Of a stretch of 64,000 nucleotides of DNA, positions 1 through 13,100 are shown piece by piece. The stretch spans positions 37,386,001-37,450,000 of the forward strand of contig OZ076411.1 in NCBI GenBank assembly GCA_964187785.1. The letters run 5' to 3'. The translations under genes and the position numbers were made by a program. Source of the stretch: Amphiscolops sp. MND2022. Its lineage: Eukaryota. How positions within the stretch are numbered: position 1 is the first letter of the stretch; every line of letters starts with the position of its first letter. The notes under the pieces were generated by a model that worked only from the letters and a program-made list of their open reading frames with translations, was not told the DNA's origin and ran no database searches.

Positions 1-1124
1 AAGTCAGTTTTGCGAAATTTTTTCTGAGCAAAATTCTTTTTAGTCAGGATAATTAAGCTAAAAGTAGCTATATTTTGTCATTGTTACGATGAGATTTTTC
101 CAAAAACATACAATGCACACGATGGCATTAAAGTGTATGAGTTTCTGATAAAGTAATCATTCATAGTAAAAAAAACTAGTATGGACGTCTTGAATAGAAT
201 TTTTTCTATACGCAATAAATCATATAAGTCAACTGAACAAATCTACATGTTTTGAAATTCATCGAAAAAGTCTATGTCAACATTCATGAGCAATTGCTAG
301 AAGAATGTCCTAAAAGCGTTTGTTTTTAATATACGCCAATATAGTTAAATAGTGCATTATTCTTTCACAAAGTATATTTTTGAAGAAGCTCCGCCAAAAA
401 TAATGAATTTCTCGTTACGTGCATATTAAATTATAGGACCTTTGGCTACTTTTCTCAAGTCTTGCTCTTCCCAATTTCGTTATTATCTGGCAAAAACAGG
501 TGCCGTAAATTTGGATACTTTTCAGTTTGGCAAGTTGTCTCAATATAATGAACGTGCGTAAAAAATTCAACGAACTCTCCCCTGTTAAAAAAGAATAATG
601 TTTCGCAAATTAATTTTTTATTGACGTATTTCTCTTCTCCAAGATTTTCTACTTTTCTTTGTGTCTATCAAATAAAAATCGATATTAAAAACTCCTCGTG
701 TATATTTTTAATTGAATAGCTATTGCGGCTGGGATGGAAATCATTGAAACCCAAAGCAGTGACAACTTTTGAATTAATTTTTAAAATTTGTTTTCTCCAC
801 AAGAAAATTTGAAATGTTCATGCCTAGCCTAGATTTGAGTGACAGGTCTGAAAAAGTAACTGAGAATCTTCCGCGTGAATACAAACACGGCGGCGGCAAT
901 TCTCACGAATGCTCAGAGGCTTACAACCTGAAGAGGTCTAAAAAGCATCTGCCAAGATAGTTGTAAAACAAATTTCATTATCCGGGGGCAAACCGGCAAA
1001 CCACTTGAATGTTTGCCATCTTAAGAAACGGTCACAAAAATCAATTGCCATTTCATCATTTTTATTGTTATCATAAACAGGCTTACAAGTAGTGCTGCTT
1101 CATGTAACGCTTTATATATTTCAG

Positions 1125-4100
1125 CTGTCCTTTTTACGACTAATCCAGCAAGGGAACCAGACACTGGAACAACTTCTCTGGGATCCAGACCCGATCTACA
1201 GACCGAAGGATGGGGCTTCTCTGTACTATCGTCTTCATCGGGTTGGGGTAGCCCGGGTGACGGTGTAAGTATGCTTAATGCTATCCCCCTTAAACCACCC
1301 CCTTCAATCCAGTCTTTCCGCTGTTCCTAGATGTTCCAGATTTTGCAGCCAAGCGCACATTTTGACACCCCACCTGTTTGCCTTGGAGTGATCATCGATT
1401 ATAAAATAGCTAAAGTGACAAGGCCATTGTTGTCTGCAATCATAAATTTCTCAATGTCTGAGATAAAAACTCATTTCAAAAGGAGCATCTTTGCCTTGAG
1501 GGTGAACTACGTGAAATGAGCTTGTCAATCAGTTGACATCACGTTCGAGTTATTGAGTTGCGTTGAAAAATATTCACTTTTTTGTTATTTTCTTTCATAC
1601 TTTGTTGGTTTTTACCAAGTTTAGAAACACGATAGCTAACAATAGACACTGAAATTGGAAAACTTATCGTAGGAAAGGAACTATGTTTTCATGTATTGTG
1701 GAAGCTGATACTTTCGTACCCAAAATTTGATCATGTTTTCAATTTTTCCCTAAATTCTTGCATTTGAATGATGATGCTGCGGGTGTAAACTTGATCGTCT
1801 CTTCTCAATATTGGATAAACAGGAATCGCTGAAGTTGTGTCAAAATGCCAAATGCTGTGAAAAACATGAATGTATAATGTCAGACAGTCGATGCATCAAT
1901 GCTACGGAATTGTTCTTCTATATTGTCCATGTTCCAACCAACACTTGGCGTTCATTTTCTAATTTTGCATGCACTTGGCTGTTTTTTAAAGAAGCATCTT
2001 TCCAATTGGGCTGAAGTCAGAATCGAAATTCAGAATTATGTGACATCTGAAATTGATGATATTCAAATGGAGAATTCAGACTTGGGAATAAAGCTTCCAG
2101 TGGTGACAGAAGCAAAAAGGTGAATGCAAATTGATGCTCGGTTGCGGAATGGAGGAATGATTTGCATAATAACCTATTCGGGATTTAATGCCTGATTTGA
2201 CACTTCGTTAACTGAATTGAATATTTTAAGCCTTAGAGTCAATACTGCGCAACCGAGCCCATTTAGTAAGTCATCATTTAGCAGCCGACTCTGGAACAGG
2301 TACAGGACTAAAATGTACTTTCGAGGCATAACAAGAAGACTCTTTTTAATTTGAAACCAGCTATAAAAATTATGAAAGAATCTTCGACAATTTTTAAATT
2401 GATGCCTGAAAGTTATATCGAAATAATATAAACCCCAAGTTCATTCACTATTTCTGCAATTCAACTTCCTGAAATATTAATACTGTTGAGCAGTGCTTTC
2501 AAAATCTAAGTCATTTTCCTAAGTTGAAATCTGGGAAACGATAGAAGTGTTATTAGCAGCGTTCGCATACCGATAGTGCCCTAAATGAAAGAGCGAAGGG
2601 AAGTGGAGCGACGTGCCACTACAGGTCCAGCGCCTGGGAAAATGTAGGCCAAGTCATACAACCAATGTTTTAATTTCAATTTGTTCAGATTTCAACTTGG
2701 AGGTTCTAACACAGGATGTTTTGACATGTTTTCGGAATATTTAGTCTCGCTATTGCAGTCACTATTTGCTACCGCTGTTTCNNNNNNNNNNNNNNNNNNN
2801 NNNNNNNNNNNNNNNNNNNNNNNNNNNNNNNNNNNNNNNNNNNNNNNNNNNNNNNNNNNNNNNNNNNNNNNNNNNNNNNNNNNNNNNNNNNNNNNNNNNN
2901 NNNNNNNNNNNNNNNNNNNNNNNNNNNNNNNNNNNNNNNNNNNNNNNNNNNNNNNNNNNNNNNNNNNNNNNNNNNNNNNNNACAATATTCGGAAGCAGAG
3001 GTGAAACAGCGGTAGCAAATAGTGACTGCAATAGCGAGACTAAATATTCCGAAAACATGTCAAAACATCCTGTGTTAGAACCTCCAAGTTGAAATCTGAA
3101 CAAATTGAAATTAAAACATTGGTTGTATGACTTGGCCTACATTTTCCCAGGCGCTGGACCTGTAGTGGCACGTCGCTCCACTTCCCTTCGCTCTTTCATT
3201 TAGGGCACTATCGGTATGCGAACGCTGCTAATAACACTTCTATCGTTTCCCAGATTTCGACTTAGGAAAATGACTTAGATTTTGAAAGCACTGCTCAACA
3301 GTATTAATATTTCAGGAAGTTGAATTGCAGAAATAGTGAATGAACTTGGGGTTTATATTATTTCGATATAATTTTCAGGCATCAATTTAAAAATTGTCGA
3401 AGATTCTTTCATAATTTTTATAGCTGGTTTCAAATTAAAAAGAGTCTTCTTGTTATGCCTCGAAAGTACATTTTGCTCGAAAGTACTAAACAATGTTATC
3501 ATTTCCCACGTTGAATGTCAGCTGACATTCAACGTGGGAAATGATAACATTGTTTAGTGTAACCAGCATTTTCATCGGATACTTTATTCTTTATGGAAAC
3601 ATAATACATTTCAACTGAAGTTATCTAAATGGTATCTTTCAAGAGATGACTCAAGAAAATCAAAAATTCGAGTTATAAGAAGGCTTGATAGGCTACTCGA
3701 AATACCTAGAGTAAATCATATTTATCTCCTTGAAAACACTCAAAATCGAGGCAATGCCGCAGCACGATGCTGATAATGATATTATTTAATTGAAATTAAG
3801 GAGATAAAAATTTCATGAATATAGCTGACTGGTGTGAAACGAGGCTAAAATGTCTGTCTTATCTCAAACTCTTTCTCAATTGTTTTTTGGAACTTTTACA
3901 AAGCAAAGTCTATTGTTTATTTCATCCACCACTAATCATCAACTTCTCAACATTTCGTCATCAATGATTCTCAGAAGCTTGAAAAGTGGCTCATTGATTT
4001 TGTCAATATGTTCATTCAGTTGAACGCTCGTTATCTACTTAACGCTTATTTCAGTAAAATTTCAGTAAAAAGAAAGTATTGAAATCATGGAAAAGTGGAA

Positions 4101-7100
4101 TATAGGTGGGATTCTTAAACATCTTTTGCAATAGGATAATTGCAAATATTTGTAGTTATTTATTAAACACAATCTTTCGAAAACAATAAATAATAGTGTT
4201 TGTATGAATAAAGTAATTGGGATCAAATTTAGCTGTAGCGATAGGCGACAGGCAAATCAAGTTCAGCGGCCGCTAGGCGTCATTCGAATTTAAGGTCATA
4301 ACCGGGAACGGCATAATTCAGCGCCATATCTAAGGCTCAAAAATAGCAAAAGGACTTCAAAGTGTCAATTATTCTCTTTTACAGTACCCGAAGAACCCAA
4401 AAGTTGGACCGAATTGGCGCGCCGGGGCCCGCTGGAAGGGGACATTTTTGGGGTTTTTTAACATCCATTCTGTTGCAAAATATCAAAAAATTGAAGGGAC
4501 CCTTTGGAGGAAAAAAGGATTTCCAAAAAAAGTCTCACAATGTCAAAAAAATTGAAAGGGGACCCTTTAGTCTCGCCCGGTATTGTTTGTTACGTTGAAA
4601 AAGGAACAACTTTTATATTTCAGTTCTTTGTGCCAAATGGCCCAATTTGAAACCTAAAAGTTTCGTAAAACTATGTTGAACTATTCTGGTCAGTTCGTGT
4701 GGATTGAAAAAAAAGTCACAGTATAGTCGCGTTTCACTTCATGAAGCGCCGACTAAAAATTGCCTCAAAGAGTTCAAGACTTCAAGAATACTCTCGACCA
4801 GTGATGTTACAGTTTAAATTTTTTGAAACATTTCTCACAGTTTCAACAATATGAACGATAGTTTAAACTTACGAATAAAAAACTCAGGCTTTAAAATTTT
4901 ATCGAAATTACAATAAAATCAAGCGGTTCTTCATTGAATCACTCGGAATTCATCGAAAGCCTGTTACGTTTGTTTTCTGACAAGATGGTAGCTCGTGTAA
5001 AGTTTGTTCACAAACAACAGTTGAATGGAGAATGCCCAACAACAATTCATAAAGTTTTTGATAGGTTTCATTGGGTTTTTTGAAAAAGTCAAAGGCACAC
5101 TTGGGATTCTATGGATATGTGCTTGGATCAAGTTTGTAGATTCACCAGAAACATTCACAATTTTCTTGAAAACGTGGCATTCTCGCTGCATTTTGAAGAG
5201 CAATCAGTGATCAACTTTATAAAATAATTTTGTAAATTTCTTAAATAATTTTTGTAATTTCAAGCCGAACAAACTTTTCTATTAAAGTTTTAGATGCAGT
5301 TTATTACAATTTGACTTAAATCTGATTGTAATCATTTTTGAAACGTTAAACACCTCTCGAACTGTCAGATTTAAAATATAAAGTGTTAAAACTATTTGAT
5401 TGAACTCAGCCAACAATGAAGTTCGCAGTTTTTTCCTTCAACCGTACTTTCGAGAGAGCTTGACATTTTTGAATCTAAAATGTCTATGCTTCATCAGATT
5501 ATCTGATTGTACTGTATGATTTAATTCATGTTTTCACACCATTTTTTCGCGCCAATGCTGAACAACCGCAACCAACGGCTGTGTGAACAAGTCCTGAACA
5601 TAAGTTGGAGCACGACTAAAAATTGACTGATTGGTTGAATTGATTCAATTAGTGGGCTTAGCTGACAAATTAGATAACTAAATTATCACTAATACTTTTG
5701 TTAAGAAGAGCCACGTTCATACAATTTTTTTCGATGTGACCTAATACGCGGTATGGCCTTGTTAGACGCTGCGAAAAAATTTTTTAATGATGTAAATTTC
5801 GTAAGGCGCCCCCCGTTCGTGCTGAGTTATTTTCGGCTATGCTGTAAAATATCACCTGTTTGATAATTTCTAAGTTTATACTTTTATGGGTTAAACATTA
5901 ACTCTGATTAAAAGCAGAAGATGCTCTATAATCACGATTTACAGACCATTTAACCGAAATTACTTGTACCTTTGGTCTGTACAAAGCCGACGAAATTTAC
6001 TTGAAAACGGGCAGAAATTGTGCCGTATGGAAAACTGCGCATGAAAATTCCATGCCACTGAATCTATTTTTAGGTGAAAGGCGAAGAGCTGGATAAACTG
6101 GTTGGGTATTAGCGAATATCTTTGATGCTAATTTTTCCAGACAATGAAATAAAGAATGCTTTTCATCAGAATAGGTGTCATTATACTCATTGGGCGTTAC
6201 TTGAGAAATGCATTTTTCATTAGTTTCAAACGAAAGAGGCATTGAATTCGTTGAAGTAGGTGTTTTTGCTCGTACTTTAAAAAATTTGGCGGTAAAGTGG
6301 CTTCCATCTTGATTGATCCCATGGGAATTCATGTCAATCAGTAGCTTTGCGCGTTCCTACAACAAATTAGGGTATTTCCTCGGAGAGTGCGCTTAAAGCT
6401 AACAGAAAGCGAATTTGTAATTAAGTTATCTGCCTTGAAGCCTCTCTGCTAAATTCCTTTTTATCTTTCAGTGGGATTTCAAGCAGGCAAGCAATAATGC
6501 AGACTCAAAGTATCTCGTGTGCGACACCAAAGCTGCTGCTGGAACTAAGAACTGGCTCAAATCGCCCTTCATTGAGACACGCACTAGAGGAAAACCCATT
6601 TCCAAAATCGAAGTCAAAATTATGTAAGTCTTCTCGACTCAGCTTCAACTTTTCAGCTGATGATGTCATCACTTCAGCTAATCTCACCTCATCCTTACCT
6701 CCAAACCTCGGAATTAGAGCACAAGAATGCACCATCTTCCTTGATTGTACATTAATCTACTTGAATTGTGAAATCAAAAGGAATTTCATGTTGATTCCAA
6801 AGCTACCTTTGATACGCACATATCTCTTTTTATGAGAAAACTTGAAGAGGCGATATCCGAATTTCATGGAAAAATAACAATTTCCTCAATTCAGGCGGAT
6901 ATGCAAATTTTTGATAACGGTTAAGTGATTAGATGCACAAGCCGCATTTGACCTTTTAGCCCAGTTGACATTTGCTTAGTTCTCTGAGTACTTCGATGAA
7001 ATTGAAAAAAAAATTATAAGCTAAAATTCTTTTACGCAACATTGTTGAAAATGATAAGTGAAAAAAGTATATTAATTTCGTAGTTGAAAAGACGTTTTCA

Positions 7101-10100
7101 CACTTATAAGGTGTTTTTACCGCTGTCTGAAGCTATAAAATATTGACCAAAGGCTATAAGGCATAATAATCAGGCGGATTCCGAACTAATTTTTCAATTC
7201 GAGTGTTTTTTGACAGGTATGCTCAGGTACCGTGCACAGACATTCCGGGCAGCAACCCATTGTGCTCAAACGACCTTCGCTTGAAATACCTCGAAACGAG
7301 CAGTGGACGAGGAGATAGTCGCCAGTCCGACATTCTAACTTACAAAACAACCACAAAGAAACTTGCTGCCGAAACCTATCTGGACAACATCGAAGATGAG
7401 AACGAAAACAAAATCCAATGCTATTTTGATCATATCAACGTTGACTCTAGCTCCAAAGGGCTGTTCTTGGCAATTGAAGACTCGGGTTCATGCTCGGTGG
7501 TCCGCTCTATTGAACTCAGGTTCTCGGTGTGTCCCGAAACAAGGAGTAACCTCGTCGTTTTTCCCGAGACAGTTGTCGGAGATTCCGATCAGGAGGTGTA
7601 CGGCCTTTGTGCCGATGCATCATCACGTGACACCCCGCCCAGAGCAATGTGCCGTTATTTCGGGCAATGGGAGCTCCACGGAGGTCTTTCTAAGGAGTGT
7701 GAATGTGACCCTGGGTTCCAACCTAATTCCAGCATGTCCTCATGCCAGCGTTAGTTTTTTATGTGTTATATTAATATTCTCAGAAAGAATCGTGTCGTGT
7801 CAGATACGATGAAAAATTTTTCGGTGAGTGCTAAGAGTCTTGGAAGAAGTTGAGGTAGAAATTTAAAAAAATAAAAGGATCATTCATTTTTGATCAGAAA
7901 GTAGTTTCAAAGATTAGTTTTATGCATAGTTGATTGTCAGTTTTGAAAGTATAGTAGTCTTGCATTGCCGTAATCTTGTAACTATACGCTTGTTTCTCGT
8001 GTTTCAGCTTGTGATCGAGGCACTTACAAGTCGGTAAGAAGTAACGATGCCTGCAGTTCTTGTCCTGCAAATAGCGACACTTTCGGGTTCTCTCACGATG
8101 CATGTCAGTGCAAACCAGGCTACTTCCGTGGAATAAATGACTCAGTGGACTCACCCTGTGAAAAATCACCTCCACCTCCCAGGTATCCCATCGAAAACTA
8201 TTTTATAAAAATAACAAAGCAGCATCGTATTTAATGAGACCAAAGATCATTTGGGAACATCAATTAAATTGAGATGCAAGCGTTTAGAACAACTTTTCTA
8301 ACTGCTTCATTTTGCCATTTTCAGAGCCCTTAGCTACAATCTTGAAAACACAGTCATACACCTCAACTGGAAAGCACCTTCGTTTCCAACTGCGTACCAA
8401 CGAGTGCACGTGTGTTACCGCATCCACTGCCAGAGATGTCCAGAGTCAGTGGTGGCTAAGATCCCAGACTGTCTCTTCGACAACAGCTACACAATCTACG
8501 ACCTGGACCCAGAGACTAGTTACGTCATAGATGTGTATACCATGAACTCTATCACGATGAACCAGTTGGAAAGAGCCAACGCAGAGTCCATACAAGTCAC
8601 CACCGGAAAATTGGGTGAGAAAACTACAAAAGTTGCTGAAGAAAAATTTTTTTTAAGAATCGTTCATCTTTTTTTTCGTGAGAATTTTTAAAATTTACTT
8701 CAGAAAATTTTTCGAACATTGAACTCGCCTTTAATTTACACCGTCAGCTACTGCACTGTATCGGAAAATGCGTGCGATTTGAAAATTTTCAATGTGTAGT
8801 CTTTAACCATTGGTCCTAATACATGGCCGTTTATTTGAAAAAGTGGTCAATCATGTTAGAGCTTAACACGTCTTCAAGACTCTTAACAACAGTTGGTAAC
8901 ACTTAACTCGGTGGACTAAAGCTTGGAACCAATCAACAAATGTGACAACACTTAGCGAGATCAAGCTCCTCATCATAAGCACATTAATGTCATCTTGAGA
9001 TGATCTCACCAAACGTATTTGAACTTTCTCATTCAAAACTAGATACTTCAAACTAGGAGCCTGCAGATCCGCTCTGAAATTTACAATTTTTGATGAAGTT
9101 TTTCTCAGCGGGTTCTCTTTGTTTTTTGTTCTGCGAACTTATTATTTTTCGAATCACTGAGTTTAGACAAAGAAACGTGTCAAAATATACTCCATGTTTT
9201 TAACACCTAGAAAATAAAGAAAAGAAAATTATCGATTTTATTAGAAAAATTATCATGAAATTTTCATTTTACAAAATGTACAAAGAACCGTGGAAACGCT
9301 GGTGCAAAAGCATAATTGTAGCCTTTAGGAGCATTGAAACGGGAAAATGGACCCTTGTTTATGCGAATCTATGTAATCATTAACGATCGATGATTATTTT
9401 TCAAACACCTGTTCCTTTGTGGTAGGTTTCATAATTTTGCTTTCACTCCGTCTTTTGCTAAATGATTAAATGATATTTAATGGATTTTTTAAAGGGAAAA
9501 TCAAAAAGGTGTACCTTTGGCGTGAAACGCTTGAGACATGCATCTTATTCATGGAGTATCATCAAATTTTGAGCTGAAAAACAAAATCTGGTCACGAAGT
9601 GCAAAACACTTAGTTTTCTCCTAAGAGTGAACCATTTCTGGTGAAACTAATTCCATCTTTTCCCATCATAACCATCAGCATCAGGGCCTCTCGGTCAAGC
9701 GTTGACACTTAACCGCAGATTTATGATCAGCTATGTGGTTAAATTTAAACATGAGTTTCACGATAATTCTATAATTTGTTCAGACCATTTTTTCAAAAGC
9801 TGAAGTAGACCATCTCGTAAAAAAACATTTGAAACTAAACAGGTTCTCACTCATCATTGAAGACATCGGTATGCCTTAAGAGTTTTTTTCACATTTGGCT
9901 ATCTTTTAAGACCCAAAAAACATTACAGAAAAATGAAATTATTCGAATTATTGAAAAAAAACGACATACTCATCATGTTTTAGCATTTAACAGTGTCACT
10001 AAAAGCTAGGTTAGAATAAATACTTTTCTATCAAAATTGCTCTCATTCTTGACATTCTACTTGTTTACTCGCTGATGCGTTTTTTCTTCGTTTTTGGCTA

Positions 10101-13100
10101 TTTAGACAACAGTGTTATAATGCTCACATTTTGTGCGTTCTGTACACCTTTTGCGATGTTATCTTTACTAAGTAAATGAAACAAGCTAGTAATTAATTAA
10201 TATACTCTCTTTGAAGTTTGGTTATTATGTAGGTGGACGCAACTCATGTGGAATGAAAATTTAAGCAGTTATCAAAAATTAATCAGCAAGATGATGCAGC
10301 CAGGTCTTCTCAATAAGCCAATTACATGGCCCATTTTTTAAAAAAAAACAAAGACCTCGGTCATTCACCATTCTTTGTTTTTTATTTTGACTTTGCTTAC
10401 AATTTCGCCTCATCTTCGGCAAAAATCTGATTTATGCTTGAATACCAGTTGAACTTCAATCAGAATCCGCGAACAGAATCTGTAATTAAAATTGTTTCAT
10501 CACAATCAGCGAAGGGCGGCGTACTTGTCCTAATATACAAAGAATTATTAATTTTAACAATTTGTTCTTTCATCTAACAAACTAATTGTGACCAGGTGAC
10601 CCGCCCAAGACACCGCCTTTTGACTTGATTAGCCAGTTTATGTTTGATTTATTATCTTAAAGTCATCGGATTGAAGTTCACGGCAAAAATTGGGGGGATA
10701 AATTAGTGGGGGAATTAACAGAAAAGATCCAAAAGTTGTAACTCGAAATTGTTAACAAACGAAAACATAGCTTGAAGTGGCTATAGCTAACACTGGATCT
10801 ATACATGATATATCATGTATAGATCCAGTGTTAGTGAACGTTGATCGGAAAACAAAATTCCAGTCCTATAGCTCCGAAAATGATATCAGCAACAAAGCTT
10901 TAGTATCTGGCATGCAATGCTGGATCTATGATTGGGTCGTTCTTTACTCTAGAAAATATTTTTTAATTGTAATTTTTGGACAAAAATGAATACAAATTTT
11001 GGTCATTTAAGTTACATGAAAAAATCGGATATTAGTTTTTCGTTTTTTTTTTCGCCACCAAAATTCCTTCAAAGCAGAAAAAAAATAATTTGCCAAAAAA
11101 GCGAGAATTTGGTCCATGTCTGCTCATTGAAAAATCGAAGTCTTGTGATAAGATTTGCTGAAAAATGCGAAAAGTACATTGAAAGGTTTTCTTGAAGATT
11201 GATTGATTGAAAGTACATTGATTGAAAGTACATTGAAAGGTTTTCTTGAAGAGATTGATAATCAATTTATTTGTTCCACTTTGAATCAAACGAGGCCAGA
11301 AAGTTCAACATGAGTTTGAAAATCTTCGAAAATTAACAAGAATTCTCGAAATTAACAGGATCGGCTTTTCAATTTAATTGACATCTAATACCACACATGT
11401 ATCTTTCATAGAAAAGCGTTGTTTTAGGCCCAGGGTGTGAAACGTTTTGCTAATATACCAAAATCTGATTGCACTTTCTTCGGGGTTTTCATATTTTGTG
11501 CTAAATATTAACATGAAGAAAAGATTTTCGAATGAAACAGTTTTTGCGAGCCTTTTGAATCAGCTCTTGTAGCTTGGATCAATGCAAAGTAACAAAGTTT
11601 AATTTTTGTGTGTTCTTATTTACGAAATCACCAGTTTTTGCCTGTTAATATAAAACCTTTTATCTCGGTTTACACATCTCGAATTACATAACTTAAATCC
11701 CGCTTTACACCCCAAATCCTATTTACTTGTCAGATGGGATAAAACACACAGCAGACAAACAAGAAAGTTGTTTTAAGAAGCGAATGTTTTGAGCTGAATT
11801 TAATGGAACAAAATTGGAGGATTTCCTTCAAAGATTGGACAATTTAGATAAGCGAAATTCGGCGGAAATGGATTGGAAAATTTTAGGGAGTCTTTGCTGA
11901 AGGGAGTCTCAGATTTATAATTTGATCGGCTTGATTGGTGACTGTAATAAAATTTGTTTACCACCTGGATCCCGGAGTAAACGCCGGGGATGTAATTGTG
12001 TGACGCAGGTGATATGATTGCAGGGGAGCGCAGGTTGCAACTCACTGTATTACTCCTGATGCTCTCGCTAGGGGCAGAAAAACATCAAAGATGCATTCAA
12101 ACTTTCCATGCTGCCATTCTTTATGACTGTTTGATTACAATGTACCCCCATAAACCTAAACGCTCCGTTGATTTCAGCTTCGGGACTCTTTTCAAACGCC
12201 ATTCTCCGTCGTAAAACATCATTCTTTCATTTTCGAAAACATACTTCTTTATGACAGACGAAAATATGGTTTTGCAGAATGAAAGTGAAATTTAATCAAA
12301 ATCATCTTTTGTGTGAAAACCGTTTGTGATGTCTCGAAAAACTTGTTAACGTTCAAACGTATGAGCATTGTCCGAAAATGAGATTAAATTTTTGTGATAT
12401 CTTCACAAATTGCCGAAAGGGAATATAACGTGACACTGGTGAATTTTTTCAGGCCTGTGAAAGAGAAGTATAGATGTTAATATAAATAACAATGACGCTA
12501 AAGGATTTTATACAAAAGGAATATCATGCCATGTCCACAATCAGAAAACACCAAGGAAATACTTTTTATCTCAAATCGTCCATATGGGCGATAACTTACA
12601 AATACTGAAAATTAAATAATTTCTGCTGGCAACTTCTCAAAACTCTATGAAAATCATGACGAATTCTAACAAGAAATTGTATTTACAATTTCAAATATCG
12701 CGGAATGTGTAGTTCTGTGGAGCAAGAGGAAGGAGCAGAAAAAATTCAAAAAATAGCGCTACAAAAATTGATACATTGAGTTCAAAATGCGAAATTCAGC
12801 TTTGACCTGATAAGTGTTTTCATGCTAATATCTTTGTTTTCTACCGAACTCGGAGAAAATCAGATTAGGGATAAAATCAAATTGCGGACGAAGGAATTTT
12901 GCGATGTGGTTTGTAAAAAATCCTGAGTAATGGAACAGAAAACGCTGGTAGAATAGTTATTTCCACTCTATACATTTTGCATATATCCTAATTGCAGCAC
13001 TTAAATTTTTATGCAAATGCTCGAGATTAATAATTGAGTTGATATCGATTATAACTATAGTGCTGAATTTATAAACAGTGCCAACAAGGAGCCACGAGGC

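Noticed and set aside
2681-3103. ORFs spanning the N run
   Set aside because: Artefacts of translating through the gap and the inverted repeat.
11172-11270. Short compound tandem repeat (aaagtacattg / gattgatt)
   Set aside because: Ordinary slippage-derived intronic minisatellite.
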